Both the position numbers and the translations under genes were made by a program. This document shows positions 25,239 to 39,408 of a stretch of 64,000 nucleotides of DNA, one piece after another. Within the stretch, counting starts at the first letter, position 1, and every line of letters starts with the position of its first letter. The DNA lies in the NCBI GenBank assembly GCA_000165425.1, contig CT868662.1:1-64000 (forward strand), in the 5' to 3' direction. The notes under the pieces are model-generated. The model did not search any database. It was not told the origin of the DNA and saw nothing but the letters and a program-made list of their open reading frames with translations. The DNA is from Paramecium tetraurelia. Its lineage: Eukaryota.

Positions 25239-26139
25239 ATGTCTGCATCAAAGATCTTTTATTCACCATCACGCTCGAATGTTAATGTTTCAAATGTGTA
25301 ACCATATGGAGGAGACAGAGCACTTTCACCTAGCAGAGCCAAAATATCACAGTTATCAGAAAAACTGTCTAATCTTTAGCATTAGATTGACGAAGATCAA
25401 GCTGTAAGAGTTTTCTGTTTATCAATAGTTTAAAAAAGAAACTTTTGAAAGCAAGATTAAAATTCTAGAAGACAGAGCAACCAAATAAGCTCAAGGAGAT
25501 GATTCTAAGTTCAAGTTGTTGAAGGAATAACTCTAAAAGGTTGAAGAGGGCGCTTAAAATGAAAAAATCATTAGAGAAGTACTGATCGTTTTTAGAAATA
25601 GGCTGGAGATGAGAAATTGAGATCAAAAGATTTAAAGGGATTAGAAGGATTTTTGAATAAGGAATTATAATCGGAAAAAATAAATAGAAAAGATTTTGAA
25701 GGAAAAATAATTAAGAATACAGATGATAAGGTTTATAGCTTAAAATTGGATTTGGCTAGATAGAAGAAATACAGAGAGGAAACTGAAGAAAAGAATGCTT
25801 AGGAGATTGGAGATCGTATTTTATAATTATAAGAAGAAGTAGAGGAGGAGAGAAGATAAAGGTACATTATCAATTAAATATTAAATTAGAGAATAGTAAA
25901 ATCAAAACACAATAAAGAGATTGGGTGATTCTATCTTGAAATTGTAAGAGATCTTGACCACTGAAAAGAAACAAAGAGAATAAGCCCAAGGCTAAATGTT
26001 CAGAATGTTAGATGAAATGAACCACTATTTGAATAGCGAATTAACTAGTGAAAAGAATGAAAGAGAAGCAACAGAAGAGAGTTTGATCAATTTGATCGAT
26101 CAAACATGCAACAGAGTTGAAAATTCATTGAGAAAATGA
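25239..26139 (+). CDS. SF-assemblin/beta-giardin family coiled-coil protein (striated rootlet; 3 introns)
   Basis: Short S/P-rich head followed by a long coiled coil ending EKNEREATEESLINLIDQTCNRVENSLRK*. Confidence 0.85.
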
Positions 26140-26740
26140 TATCATATATCTTAATACATTTAATTTTAAATAAGATCTAATTCTCCGATTTTGAGTGTAA
26201 TTTTAAAACGAATATAAGTAATATTATATTTGGTTCATGTGAACTTTGCATTCCTACATATCTACAAAATTCTATATCAAAATATATCCTTGAATTATGT
26301 TGTTTTTGATATTTAGGTAATATTTCATGATTTCGGGGATTCAAGTAATTGATTAAATATAATAATAATATAATTTTATTAAGGACTTTTCACAATTAAT
26401 TATTATCATAATATATGAAATTTCTGTGATGGCATATGTTCTACTTCATTTAATTCTTCCACTTTAGGGCGTATAGTATTTTTGTATTTCTAGTTGAATT
26501 ATGGAAAATTTCTGTTTCCTTTCATTGTAAATGAAAAGTATAGGCTAAAAAAAAAGTGATTAAAATGAAATATTTAATTTTTATTTTAAACTACCATTCT
26601 TCAAGTTTTGAATACTTGCCTTTAAATTTGAGATGGTACTTCATTTCTACAAATATGATTACATCATTAAACATACTATTTTTTTATAAATCCTAATATG
26701 ACACTAAATTAAAGATTGAGTTAATAATTAATAAAGCAGA

Positions 26741-28268
26741 ATGTTTGCATCTTCGATAGCTGAAGTCACCAAAAAAAGAATTCTTATGTTTGTCCTTTGT
26801 TTTTTCCAATATGCATTTTTGCATTGCTGTAGGTCAACGTGGAGCTATGTATCAGGTAGAATGGTAGGGGAAGACTATTTCACAAAAGAATACCTTGGCT
26901 ACATCAATTTTTCTTTTCTTTTTTGTTATGGGCTTGCGATATCGATGTATTGAATATCGTATTCGGTAGTTTAGGGCAATTTGGAGATAGAATGAGTCTT
27001 AAAGTATTTATTTTAATTGGAACATATACATCAAGTTTTGTATTCACTCTGATTGGTGTAATGATCTACATTGAAGCAAAGCATAATTATGTATTTCTGA
27101 TTTTACAAATAATTAATGGGATAGGTCAATCGACTGCATGGTGTGGAGTGCTTGGTATAATAAATGTTAACTAATTCAGCAATTTTGAACAATTGGTTTG
27201 TAACAGATAAGAAAGTGATACTAATGGGGTATTTTGCAGCCTGTCCAAATATCGGGAATATTCTTGGTGACGTATATTCTGGTATTTTGATAGGGAAAGA
27301 TAATTTACCATTATATGCACCTATATATTTAGCTGGGTCGTCATTATTCATAATGAATTTGATCGACACATTTTTGTTGGAAAATGCTCCACCTGAGGAA
27401 ACAAAAAGGCGGATGATTGAAGAATATGAAAAAGCAAAAGTAAGTTAGCAACCTTAACTTATGATATCGATGATCGAAAAAAAATATGAGGAAAATTTGG
27501 ATTAGTATTTAGACTACACAAGAAAAAGCTCACAAGTCTAAAAGAAATATAGCATGTCTTAAATGGCTGTTTAAGAGAAAAATGATTTAAATAACCAATT
27601 AAATTATTTTAATGCATGGTTTGTTCCAAATGTAGCACTATATGCGTTAGCTTTTGGATGTGTAAAAGCAGTTTATTATATTCTTGGATTTTGGCTACCA
27701 AATTATTTGGACTCAAAAAATGTCAAAGATGTTGCCTGGATTACAGCTATGATAGATGTAGGTTCAATCCCAGGAGGAATTCTCATTTGGTAATTTAATT
27801 GTTGATATTCTTATTCTAGTTTGATTGGATACTATTATAACAAAAGAGCAGTGATTACAGTACCTTCGTTGTGGATAGGTACCATAATAATGATATCGGT
27901 GAGTTATAGTGGCTCATTTAAACATGAAATAGCTGGATACATGTGCTTAATATTCCTTACAGGATTATTTATTGGGGGATGCTATAATAATATTTCGACT
28001 GCGATGACAGTGGAACTCAGTAATTAACCAGAATTAAAAAGTAACTATTATTTTCATTTTAGATAGTAAATCTGCAACCTCAACTGTAGTTTCAGTTATT
28101 ATGGGATATGCAGCTATGTTTGCAGCCATTAATTAATTGATTGTTCCTTATGTAGAAAAACGGTTGTTTCTTTATTGTAGTGCATTGTCCATAATTGGAG
28201 GTGTATTTCTAACTCCATTGATTATCAATGAAGTTAAAAGAAATAAATAAATGTCATAACCACAATGA
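26741..28268 (+). CDS. MFS sugar-phosphate/glycerol-3-phosphate exchanger (SLC37/GlpT-like)
   Basis: YAFLHCCRSTWS, GQFGDRMS, NGIGQSTAW, LNNWF...MGYFAACPNIGNILG, FWLPNYL. Multiple TM segments and several introns. Confidence 0.92.
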
Positions 28269-28376
28269 TAAATTATTGATAATATGTCTCAAATGAGTTT
28301 AATGTTACCAAATTAGTTAAGAATATTTATAAAAGAAAATATTATTTGAATGATAATAATCATAGACTCTTCAATG

Positions 28377-30104
28377 TCATTCTTTCTTTGAAGTATATTT
28401 TAATAATGGATTCTCTTATTTTTGTTAGGGGACGTTTCTATCCGTTTATAATATATATATTAATACTGTTTAAAACGGGAAGGTTTAATTTGAGGAGAGG
28501 CTTGAAAAGCATTTTACTATTTCTATTAAGTCATTCCAATATTAGGAATGCTGTCAACACTGTCAGTTTTACCAGTCAATAAAGGTGAATTCAATTGTAA
28601 TTAATTTGAAGAATCAATATTTTTTTAATGCTTCAGTTGTTTAGTAGCCAAAGCACCTGGCGATGATTAAGGCGAATTCATCAATTGATTTCTTCTGAAT
28701 GCATCAAACTTAGCCGATCTATACTGATTTATTAAATAATTACTCTTCATTCAAGGCATTCATTCTCATTCCCAAATCATTGTCCTCTCCTTCGTCAATA
28801 AAATCGTTTTAGTTATCTTCTAACATAATTTAGTTCATTTCTGCCAAGTAAGCATGCTACAAACATTAATGCGCAGTGATTCTTTTATTAGGATCCTTTT
28901 CAAGCATTCTTCTCAATAAATCAATTGCCGTATTAGGAGCATTTTGCAATTATTTCAAGGTGAAATCAATGGTAGCTTCTCTATTTTGCTTGACTACAGT
29001 GCCGTAACTTTTTCCAGGAAAAGCAGGTTTGCCAGTTAATAGCAAATAAAAAACTAAACCAAGACTGTAAATGTCACAGACAGAACTATAATGGGCTTTC
29101 ATATCTTTAATGTTGATGACTTCAGGTGCAACATAGCCAGGAGTTCCGCATCTGCAATACAAATAAACTGGTTCATTTACATGAGTGGCCAAACCAAAAT
29201 CTGCCACGACTACCGTTTCCATTTTCCTATTAATTTAACAAATCATTTTACTTTGGTTATTTGAATAAAATATTTTCTAACTTTAGATCTCTATGCATGA
29301 TATCTTTTTCATGCATATGACACAATCCTTATAGGATTCCAACCAATATTTATTACATTTGTTTCGTAGACAATATCACCTTCTCTTTGATTAGATCGTA
29401 TAATGAACCACCTTCCAACAATTCGAGTGCAACATAAAGGGAGTTTGAGGTTTCATAAATCTCATACATTTTCATTAGATGATGATTGTTTAATTTTCTC
29501 ATGATTGTTAATTCATTCACGATGGCCTCTTTTCCATGATCTTCAGCATATGCTGCTTATTTTGAAAATGCTTTAATTGCCATCTAGGCACCGTCTTCGA
29601 TGCGTTCCCCCAAATAAACCTAGAATCAGATGGAATAATTACAGATGCAAAATTACCCTTTCCGATTTTTTTGAATACTCTGAAAAGATGATGAAATTAC
29701 CATTAATTAATTCTAGATTAAAAAAATTCTCTCCATTAAGCTATCACTTTTTCACTAGCTGATAAAGAGTAACTTGTCATTTGATCTTATCCATGATCTC
29801 TCATTAGATTCATTCCTATTATAGTACCCAACGAATCGTCATCTTCATCCTTCTTTTAAACTTGGGTTCTGAGGATTTCGTATTTCGTTTCGAAATCCAG
29901 CTTCAGATATTTTTTTGGAGGATCCTCAGGCTTCTATTTTAATATAGAATTGAATCATACTTTTGTAAAGAGAATATAATGATCATAAGCGATCAAATAT
30001 CTCACCTTTTTTTAATTGGACTTTTGGAATTCAGATTTCAAAATGGGTTTTTCATTTTTCCACTTCAATTCATTTGGAATAGCTATCCAAAATTTTTATT
30101 TCAT
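28377..30104 (-). CDS. Ser/Thr protein kinase (CAMK group) with N-terminal PH-like region
   Basis: IGKGNFAS/VY, MAIKAF, IMHRDLKLENIL, VADFGLA, CGTPGYVAPE. The start ATG is the best guess. Confidence 0.93.
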
Positions 30105-30137
30105 CAATAATAATATTAAAAATTTCAACCAGTTTTA

Positions 30138-31112
30138 TCATACTTTTTAATACAAAATCATTTGAATAAATTCTTCCAACTAAAGACCACCTCCCTCACC
30201 ATTATTCACAATCCTATATGCATTTGATTCATTACTGATAGTGCCTCCACCAGCCTCTATCAATTTCACTATTTCTTCCTTCGTCATGTTTGATTTTAAC
30301 TCCGGACTTAAATGAAATTGCTTATTCAAGAAAATCTTATTCGAGAGGGAACTTCCTATGGATTTTAATATACTAAAATTATTAGTTTTCAGAACATATA
30401 AATATGGATTCTACACTTGCATCGAAGATAGACAATCTTTTATCCATTAAGAATTCACTATCATCTTCCCTTAATTCAGGGCCAATAGCAAGTTGAATGT
30501 CCTTTTATAAGAATCCATAACCAAGATATTGTATTCATTGGGGTCTATTTCAATCCCCAACTTATAGAGTTTATTTTGATCCTCAGCACAAACATAAGAA
30601 TTAGAAAATTTGAGTTTATAAACCCCATTTAATTATTTGATCTAAACATATATAATTTAAAATACGTAATTCTAAACAAAGCAATAATGAAGGGCTTTGG
30701 CTTTCTTTTACGGAGTTTTCGGATTCTGAGAGTACATCGATTCATTCAACACTTTTTTAATAATTGGCGGTTCATCCATTGATTTATTATGATCAATTAA
30801 ATTTATTCTGATTATCCTTGGTTTCCCAAACTCAAAAGTATATCGTTCATCTCCAGCAATTATCTCTTTCTTTCCTGTCGAAAGATCTAGTTCAAATTCC
30901 TTCCCTGCACATAAAGACTCCTTTAAACCAAATCCATTTATTCTATGAATATTAACTAGAGGTTGGACCCACAAAAAGTTATCCTCACGTTTGAGCCTGA
31001 AGCACTCAGCAAGGGGCACCTAAATTTCACAAGCTTCAGTATTTCCAACTTTTGTTATTCCCGATTTGATTTCATATGATTTACCCAATACATTCATTAG
31101 AATTGGTTTCAT
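30138..31112 (-). CDS. FHA-like plus tandem BRCT protein (MDC1/PTIP-type BRCT pair)
   Basis: N-terminal beta-rich SYEIKSGITKVGNTEACEIQVP. C-terminal LKFSNS...ILVMDSYKRTFNLLLALNQGKMIVNSQWIKDC...IFLNKQFHLSP...EEIVKLIEAGGG. Confidence 0.8.
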
Positions 31113-32141
31113 TACTTTATTAAAACTTCCGATTATTTTCTATTATGAAAGTTAATAATCATGATTAATATTTGTCAGAAAACAATCATATTTTTGAATT
31201 TATAGATTAAATTGTTCAATATTTCAAATTCATTTATGTCTACAGAAGGTATCAAATTCTAAAGGAAAATCCCAATAATTCTACAACCAGATGATTGTCT
31301 GTTTTCTCTTTTTTGAAGATGAGTTTAGGAGATTGGATAGGTCATTAATATTTTGATTTAATTATGCAAACTAACTTTATTTGAAGAACATAATTACTTC
31401 CTCTATTCTTTCTTTCAATTGATGTTAGTAATATTTATAAAAGCGGTTCTTACTCTTATCAGTTCTTAATTTTCGGAATATATCATAATTAGTAGTGTGA
31501 ATATGAAAAATCCTATTTCCAATTAAATTTCTATTTCTCTTGTTATAACTAATCAAATGATTCGCATTTATCATCATAACACTTATGTTTTCGGTAATTT
31601 CAAAATAGTCTCCGTTATTTCAAATTAAACCTTTATCATATTACTATTTCCCTTATAAGACAAATAAAAATCATCATTTTATGTCTCTCTCCAGTACATC
31701 AATTTATATGAAATCCTGTATTTAGATAATTGCAGTTTCTCTATATTCTCCAACACAGTTTTGCACAATGTTTAACGATTATAAATTATTTTATTTATTA
31801 TTTCTTAATTTCTATTTATTACTAAAAATGAATTAGATGACCAGATGGTTTCATTTAGGTTTTGATCAGAGGACAACTTCACTTAATAAATCAAAAATAT
31901 TTCAAAAATATTTCAGTCTTAAATGAAATAAGACTTGAATAACCCAGTTTGTGATATGTTGTAAATGAATTTCTGTTGTGCGAGATGATTGTACAATATT
32001 TAATTAAAATTTTTATACATGGTTTTAATTGTTACTGAATAATAGGCTAGTATTATAATAAATAAAATCTGTTAATCTCCGATTTAATAGCGGCGATTGA
32101 TAAAAGCTGTTGAAACTGTAAAAAAAATTATTAAATTAATA

Positions 32142-32498
32142 ATGGGTTCATGTAGTTCAAAAAAGCAGAAGAGAATAATCTTGGATAAATCATTTCAAAA
32201 GACTACTTCCACTAGTGTAACTCCAATCAAACCTAAAAACTTGGCTTTGAATTTACAAAAAATCTAAAATGACGATTTGGAGGTTAATGAGAAGAAAGAA
32301 CCTAAAGATGAATACAAGCCCTCTCCTCCACCAAAACTGTACTTTGATGCAAATCAATTAAATGTTCAAAAAGAGAGCATTTTTGGAAGACCAAAAGTTT
32401 AGAGTATAAGACTGAACTCTTAAAATCAAAATAATCAAAAGGAGGATATCTTCTTTGGAAGGAAGGTTCGTTATTCCAATTCTCATTTGTAAAAATGA
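32142..32498 (+). CDS. Hypothetical protein, 118 aa, with N-terminal MGSC acylation motif
   Basis: Uninterrupted frame MGSCSSKKQKRIILDKSFQKTTSTSVTPIKPK...YSNSHLQK*. Confidence 0.8.
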
Positions 32499-33319
32499 AC
32501 AAACACCATAACTTTTGAAGATATTTTTATATGAATATATATATATGATAATACACCACTACATATTCAAATTCACTTCTAGTAACTTGAGTTGCATGCA
32601 TTGTTGGGATATTCATTTGCATTCTGATTCTGAACAATATGAGATTTATTCTAGAACATTAAAGCTATCCTCAATTTAATTATAAAGAAAATCAATTGTG
32701 CTTTTAAATGAAAATCAATTTCTAAATTGAAGTGATGTTGTAAATTTATTGTACCTCTTAAACAATGACTGGGTGCTTTACCATAATCCCTTGGAAAGAA
32801 AGCAAAGTCATAATATCAAATACTGATCATATATACATTTAGTACAGTTGAAATTTTAAATATTTAATAATTAGAGAAACATAAATTAAACTATTATTAA
32901 ATATGAAAAAGAGATATCTCTAAAGTAAAAAAGCAAGGTTTAGGACACATGTGGCTATTGACTATTTCATATAATTGTATTTATTCTATAAATCTAATAT
33001 CAATAAAACCTATAAATATAATATCAAACAGTATCAAATTGTACTTATAAAAATGATAATTTAAATTAGAAATTTCAAAAATGAGTTGGCAAAGTTGTTT
33101 GGTTTCTCCAATTGTGTTGAGTTGAATTTCTAAATTTGCTGGATGGCAAGACATTTTGAAAAAGTTATACTTTATGCAATTATTATTTGAAATGAAATTC
33201 TATCTAGAGATTTGTTGATGGATGAAATGCAATTCAAATTTAACAGAGATGGTTTTGAATATAACATAAATAATTTATTGAATTATTAAGTTCTATTTGA
33301 CAATTTGATAATTTAAATA

Positions 33320-35889
33320 ATGAAAAACAAAACTTCAATAACTTGTATTTTCTTGCTTTGTCTTGGGTGTTTACTTGTGATATAAAATTATCTAGATGTA
33401 AGTCAAGAGTTGATTAAATTTTAGGGATAAGAAACAAATTTACAGGGCTTATCAGAAGTCTCAGTCGATGTTTGTGTTGATGTTGGTATTTGAAAAAAAT
33501 ATCTATTAGATTATTAACCATCTTCTAATGAAATATCAGAAGCTAAAAGATTAAGGGAAGAGTTATTATCAACTAACAAAAAAATAGGTTTAGATATTCT
33601 GGCCGAAAATGATGGGAAATTGACATCTGATCAATAGGAGGACGCAGGATAAGCAGCCATAGCCATTTTACTTCCATGGGCGATACTATTTGTAATATCA
33701 TTATTCACTTACATTACGTTGTTGATATGTTGTAGTAATTGGTATACAAAAAATTAAATATGTTAGTTGCCCCTGTACATGCTGTAGGTGTACTCAAGCC
33801 TAAAAAATTGACGACATTAGAATACCCTTGGCGTTTTCAATAATATTTGGAGTTATCATATTGGCTTTCTCTATTGCAGGGTTGGCTTTGAGTGAAGACG
33901 TTGGCAACTCTTTGAAATCAATCAGATGTGCTGGATATATGATTTTTAGTGATATAAATTACGGAGTTATAGATAGTGAAGACGCTGAGATTACAAGATG
34001 GAAGGGATTGGATTCTGTAATCAATAACATAACAATAATTTAAAATGGATTGGGTGGTTTTGTATCCGATACTTAAAAATAGTTAGACTAAATTAATGCA
34101 AAGTAATTATAAGATTAATACGGAGAGTTATCTGATGAAAATAAGAAGTATATATTTAGATATCATTCTTAGAATTGAAGCAATTCCTTTAACAACTTAC
34201 TATGGTGCTAATGACGTTCTTGGTTATATTTCAACAGGCAAAACTGTTAATTCTAATTCCATAGCCACAGAAATCAAATAAATCCCTGTGTTACCTTAAT
34301 AATAACTATTTAAATAGATATATGAGAATATTATCAAAGAGATTGCAAATATCAAAAGTTATGGATAATAATTAGGTGATTAATAAGGCGATATTTCCAA
34401 AAGCTTAGAAGATACGAAAAAATCAATAAAGGACACATAAGTAAATCTAATAAATGCAGCTCATGACTTTCTGGAAACTACAGATTCTTTAGAAAATGGT
34501 AGCGATCTTACCTCAATTGTATTCTACATTATATTTGGAGTGTTTGGACTATTCGCTTTGTTGATTGTTGTTAGTTCAACTCTGCTTTGTTTGGGAAAAG
34601 GATTGAAATGTTTCAGATGCATATTGGTCTGTGCTTGCACTTTTAATTTTTTGTTTGTTTTGATAGGATTTATATTAAGTGCAGCCTTAGGATTAACCAG
34701 TGGAGTGCTTGCTGAAGGGTGTGACTATATCGATGTAATATTAACAAATCAAACTAAATTTGAAAATTTAAATTATGCAATCAAAGACAAAGAAATTAAA
34801 GACATCATGACTGAATGTCTGTTCAAAGATGGTGACATTCTGAATTATTACAATGTTTATGATTCTCTGAAATAGGCTATCGATTTAGACTAATCAATTA
34901 GTGACTTTGAGTAATAAAAAGCATAGTTTCAAAGTGAATCAGCTAAAGGAGATGCAGCCTTATAAGTTAATTCAGATTACATCAAATCTTTTATTACATT
35001 TGAAAGAGTTGATGAAGAGGAATACTCAACATCTAATCCAGCAAATATGAAGTATTTGATGAGAGAATAGGTCAAGACATGTAACAGTAATAAGAAGAGT
35101 TCAGTGCCAGATAAAATGTCATTCTGTGATACATCAGCTATATAGTATTTACCTTCATCTGGGTCAACATTTTCAAATCCCAATAATAAACCTGTCTGTT
35201 TGCAATCATCTATATTTTCGGCTGATCCAACATTGTTAAATCAATAAATTTCTAATTGTGCTGAAATCTCAACCATAAATTAATTTTATACAACCCAATC
35301 GTCAAAATGGAAGCCAGTACAAGATTAAGAAAAATCAATTATAAATAAACATAAATAAAATTAAGATGCCTTGATTGCCAAATTTGATGCCATCACATCA
35401 TATACCACGGCTGCCTCAAACTATTTAAAATCAATCACTGACAAAAACACTGGAGCACTATCGGGTGTCAATTGTAAATTTGTTCAAGTATTTTACATAA
35501 TCATATTTCTATTAGGTTTCTATTACCAGAGTTTAAAATGTGATGTGTGCCCAATCGTTTAGACTATTTTATTATTTTTGGATCTTCTTTGCTATAATTT
35601 CCATCTCAATGTGGTTGAGTGCAATCAGTATTTTTAGAGTAAGCATTGGGTAAGTTTATGTATCATATCGATTAGAATTTATTATTTGTCTAAGGGAGAT
35701 GCTTATCTACCAGGTGATTACACTAATGGATAATATACTTAAGGAAATGTGCCTATTCCTATTCCATAATAGGATATAAGTCTATAATAGGGACTTGTGT
35801 AATAAGGTTATGTTTAGTAAGGATATTTGTAATAGGGATATGTTAATTAACCTGCAATTCAAAATAATCAGTACCAACCACCACAATGA
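33320..35889 (+). CDS. Prominin/Tweety-like five-TM membrane protein with signal peptide
   Basis: Signal peptide; TM1 followed by the Cys cluster LLICCSNC/CPCTCCRC; TM2; a large helical loop; TM3-4 (GLFALLIVVSS...FLFVLIGFILSAALG...EGCDY); a second large loop; GVNCKFVQ...NVMC then TM5; and a Q/G/Y tail. Confidence 0.8.
35785..35844 (+). repeat. 4 x 15-bp coding repeat, QQG(L/Y)(V/L)
   Basis: taatagggacttgtg taataaggttatgtt tagtaaggatatttg taatagggatatgtt. Confidence 0.85.
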
Positions 35890-36004
35890 AAATTTTATAA
35901 TTGTATCAACGATTTTATCAAATTATTAAAACTTACATTCGAATATCAAAAAAACCTTATTATCATTATTATTAATTATGAATATATAATGCAAATTATA
36001 ATTA

Positions 36005-37537
36005 TCAGTTTTCTTCTTAGATTACATATGATTCTTATTAGAATGATGGTTATTCTGAAGCTTTAACGATTTGAAAATGCTTTGTTTATTTTCTAAACAA
36101 CATTTTTTTTTAAGCTTGACTTGAAACAGAGGGTGCTAAATTGTTGTTATTGTTTCTTTTGTAATCTGACAGATTGCTATTAGATTATTAAGAATGCATA
36201 TTGAGCATTGTTTGCTTAATTACTATTGTATTTTTTATTGTCTTTCTTTTTTGACTGACGTTGATTCCTTCCAAGGTTTGTCTTTTGAATTCCTCAACAC
36301 TATTCTTAAAATAAAACAATAAGTATGCATCATTTAAACTTTCTGGCTATTGAACTGGTGTAACCAACGAATCATTGAAATGATACCAATGTAAATCATC
36401 TCTGTTCTTGCCATAAGCTGTGTAATGTCCAGATGTCAATGTGCCACTATGATTAATGACTGCATAAAGATCATAGGTGGGTTTTTCTACTTGTTTTGTG
36501 CATACAAGATTTTCAAAAGATAAATTCTATAATGGATATTTGACCAATGACCTGATCTTGGCTCTGAATTAAGAATTAAATTTAAATCGCTTTAAGTGAA
36601 TAATCAGAATATTTGGCATTGACCATAAATCAATCTTTTTATTACTGTCTCTCCTTTAATTGCAATTAGTACAATTCCACCCTTCGTCTCCCTTGAGAGT
36701 CTCTTTCTTCAAGAATTCTTCTATGCATTCCTACAATTCACATTCTCTATTCAACACAGGTACACTCAGATACATAAAAGGTTCAAAACAATATCTCGAA
36801 GACTTGCAAGTCAGACATGACAATGTATCCAGCATTTGACCTTAAAATAAATCTACTATGATGGATTAGTTTCGTGATAGGTATTTTTTCCATTCTGCAT
36901 CTGCGTCCTCATTAGTTGGAAATTTAGTAAACTTGGCTTATTCCACATAAGGTTTCTTTTTAATTCTATTCAAATCTTCATGTATCATGTCCAATAAAAA
37001 AGCAATGAATTCATGTGCATCTTCTTAAGTTCCTTCAGCAAATATAGGATTATAATTTCCAACTGTTGATATAAATTATGTCGGTTTCAATACCTTCATA
37101 TCATCATATTAGTATTAATCCACCTTCTACCATAGCAGTCTAATTAGTTACGCAAACGATTTGACTATATTTCCTTAGGAAGATAGAGGATTTTCAGGAT
37201 TTATCTCTTTGATATGGAGTTAGGACATGAAGTAATCTGTTAATGGTTATGTATTTGATAAGGCTTAAATAGACTATATAAGTAATAATTATACAGAATT
37301 TAAAAAGCATGTGTTTCCTAAATTCGTCAATCCGAACAATCCCTGTGTATCGGTATCGAATTACTAAATTTGTTAAACTCTTTTTTGTGTAGCTTACCTT
37401 CTAAATTTGTTTGGGATCTATTTGTAATTGACATCCAAAATGCGACTAGGCTTTGGCATCAACCGTTATTCTGTATTCATTTTTTTCATTTTTGACTAAG
37501 GTTCATTTACTTTGGGTTTAGTTTAGCAAATGCCCAT
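36005..37537 (-). CDS. Ubiquitin-specific protease (peptidase C19) with MGIC N-terminus
   Basis: Cys box GLTNLGNTCFLNS, QEDAHEF, LIIHLKRF, His box YDLYAVINHSGTLTSGHYTAY...WYHFNDS. Confidence 0.97.
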
Positions 37538-37583
37538 TCAAAATATAAATAATTATTTATTCTTAAATATTTTATATAAAAGG

Positions 37584-39408
37584 TCAAGGAGTGATTGGCA
37601 CTGAATCAACCTCTTATTTTATGACTTTTGTTTGTTCAGTAGCTTGTAAACTGTATTATTATTCATCATCAGAAGAACCTGTGGGTCTTCTTTTTACTTG
37701 ATATTTCTGATCACTGGAAGAAGCATCGCTTTCATCTCTTTTCTGTTTGGATGGCTAATACAAATTGTGATGTCATAATACCTTAACTTTAGATGCCTTG
37801 GATTTTCTTTTTTTCTTAGAGTTTTCAGGTTTTTCTTCAAAGTCTTTATTAAGTGGATCATTCAGATTCTACATCTTGTGCTATTCTTCAATTCTCTTAC
37901 ATATCTTTACACTCATATCTGACCAATTAGTTGTAAATGTGAGGATTAGATACAAGACAGCTAAGATCGCATTGACAATACCAAAAGCAAACCAAATTCC
38001 ATAGACTTTCTTTCCTAATCCGAAGTCATAAGCAAAATACACAACCAGAGGTATTCCAATTAGGTAGTAGACAAGCAATGTAGAATAAGTGACAAAATCC
38101 TTTCTTTCTATTCCTTTTAAGATTCCAGTCAGAGTTCCTTATAATCCATCAATAACGAAGAATCCAAATACAAAGATAGGATATACATCCAAAATCAGAT
38201 CTGTGATTTCTTATCTCCCAGCAGAATAGAATTCAGCCCATGTTTACTTGAAAAATGTCAAGGCACTCAAGAAGAGTATTGTAAATCCAATAAATAATAA
38301 GACTCCTACCCATGAATATCTTTTGGCCCTCTTGATATTCTTAGCCCCCATCTCATTGCCAACGAATGTCATTAATGCTAAAGATAGAGAAATGGGAAAT
38401 TTATAGTAAAAGTTTGATGTGTTGGACAATGCCAATTAGGCATTCAATTCATCAGATCCAAATCCTACTGATATGAAATTCAATAAGAAGAAAACAAAGT
38501 AATCTGCATATATATGACCTATAATTGGTATTGATTCCCTCAAGAAACTTTGAAACAATTTCTTCTCTTGTTTTTTCATTGAGAATTTAAATTTATAGCC
38601 ACTAAAGACTTACTTTTTGTATTTGGTTGCACATACAGCTATTAGACAAAATACACAATTAAGAATCTCTGTACATATTATAGCCAATCCTGCTCCTGCA
38701 ATACCACCACCAATATCTAGATAGTCAATAAACAAATAACACCACAAAGTGTGAAGAACAGCTGTACCCAACTGTATAAACATAAAGACAGCAAAGATCT
38801 AGTTCTTAATTTGATAATGTTACCTTGTTTGCTATCATATAGCTTTTCATGCATTCATACAATATTGCAAACAATGTAGATGGTAATAAATAATATAAAT
38901 ATATCTGGGAGGCATCTGATGTTGCATCTCTATCTTCTTCATTAATTGTCTTAGCAACCAAAGGTTTTATCAAAATCAATATTACTATTTGATTAACTTA
39001 ATTCAAGTACTTGAAAATGGAATGAAGTACATCAAATGGATAAATACGGTCAATGTAAAATAACTTTGAGCTAGCTTCGGCTTCTTAGCTCCCAAAGCCT
39101 ATGCTGAATGCACATTCAAAGATTAATTTGTTCCTTTATTTTTACAATAATTTAATACCCAAAGCCATAGGAATCAACAGCACATTCACTGTTGTAAATG
39201 CTAACCCTAAACCTGCGACTGCATTTGGATCGTTGTGCTAAGCTATAAAATGTAAGCTGATCCCAAATACAACATCTAAGCAAACATAGCCAATCACTGT
39301 ATAGAATGTAGATGATAGCAAGTCTGTAAAGACATTTGACCCTAAATGATCAGGAGCCTTATTTGGGTTGTCTTTGCTCAATAATGAACTCCCATGGACT
39401 TAAGACAT
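37584..39408 (-). CDS. MATE family efflux transporter
   Basis: AVAGLGLA, SAQALGAKK, TFVGNEMGAKNIKRAK, DGLQGTLTGILKGI, YYLIGIPL...VYGIWF. Confidence 0.95.
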
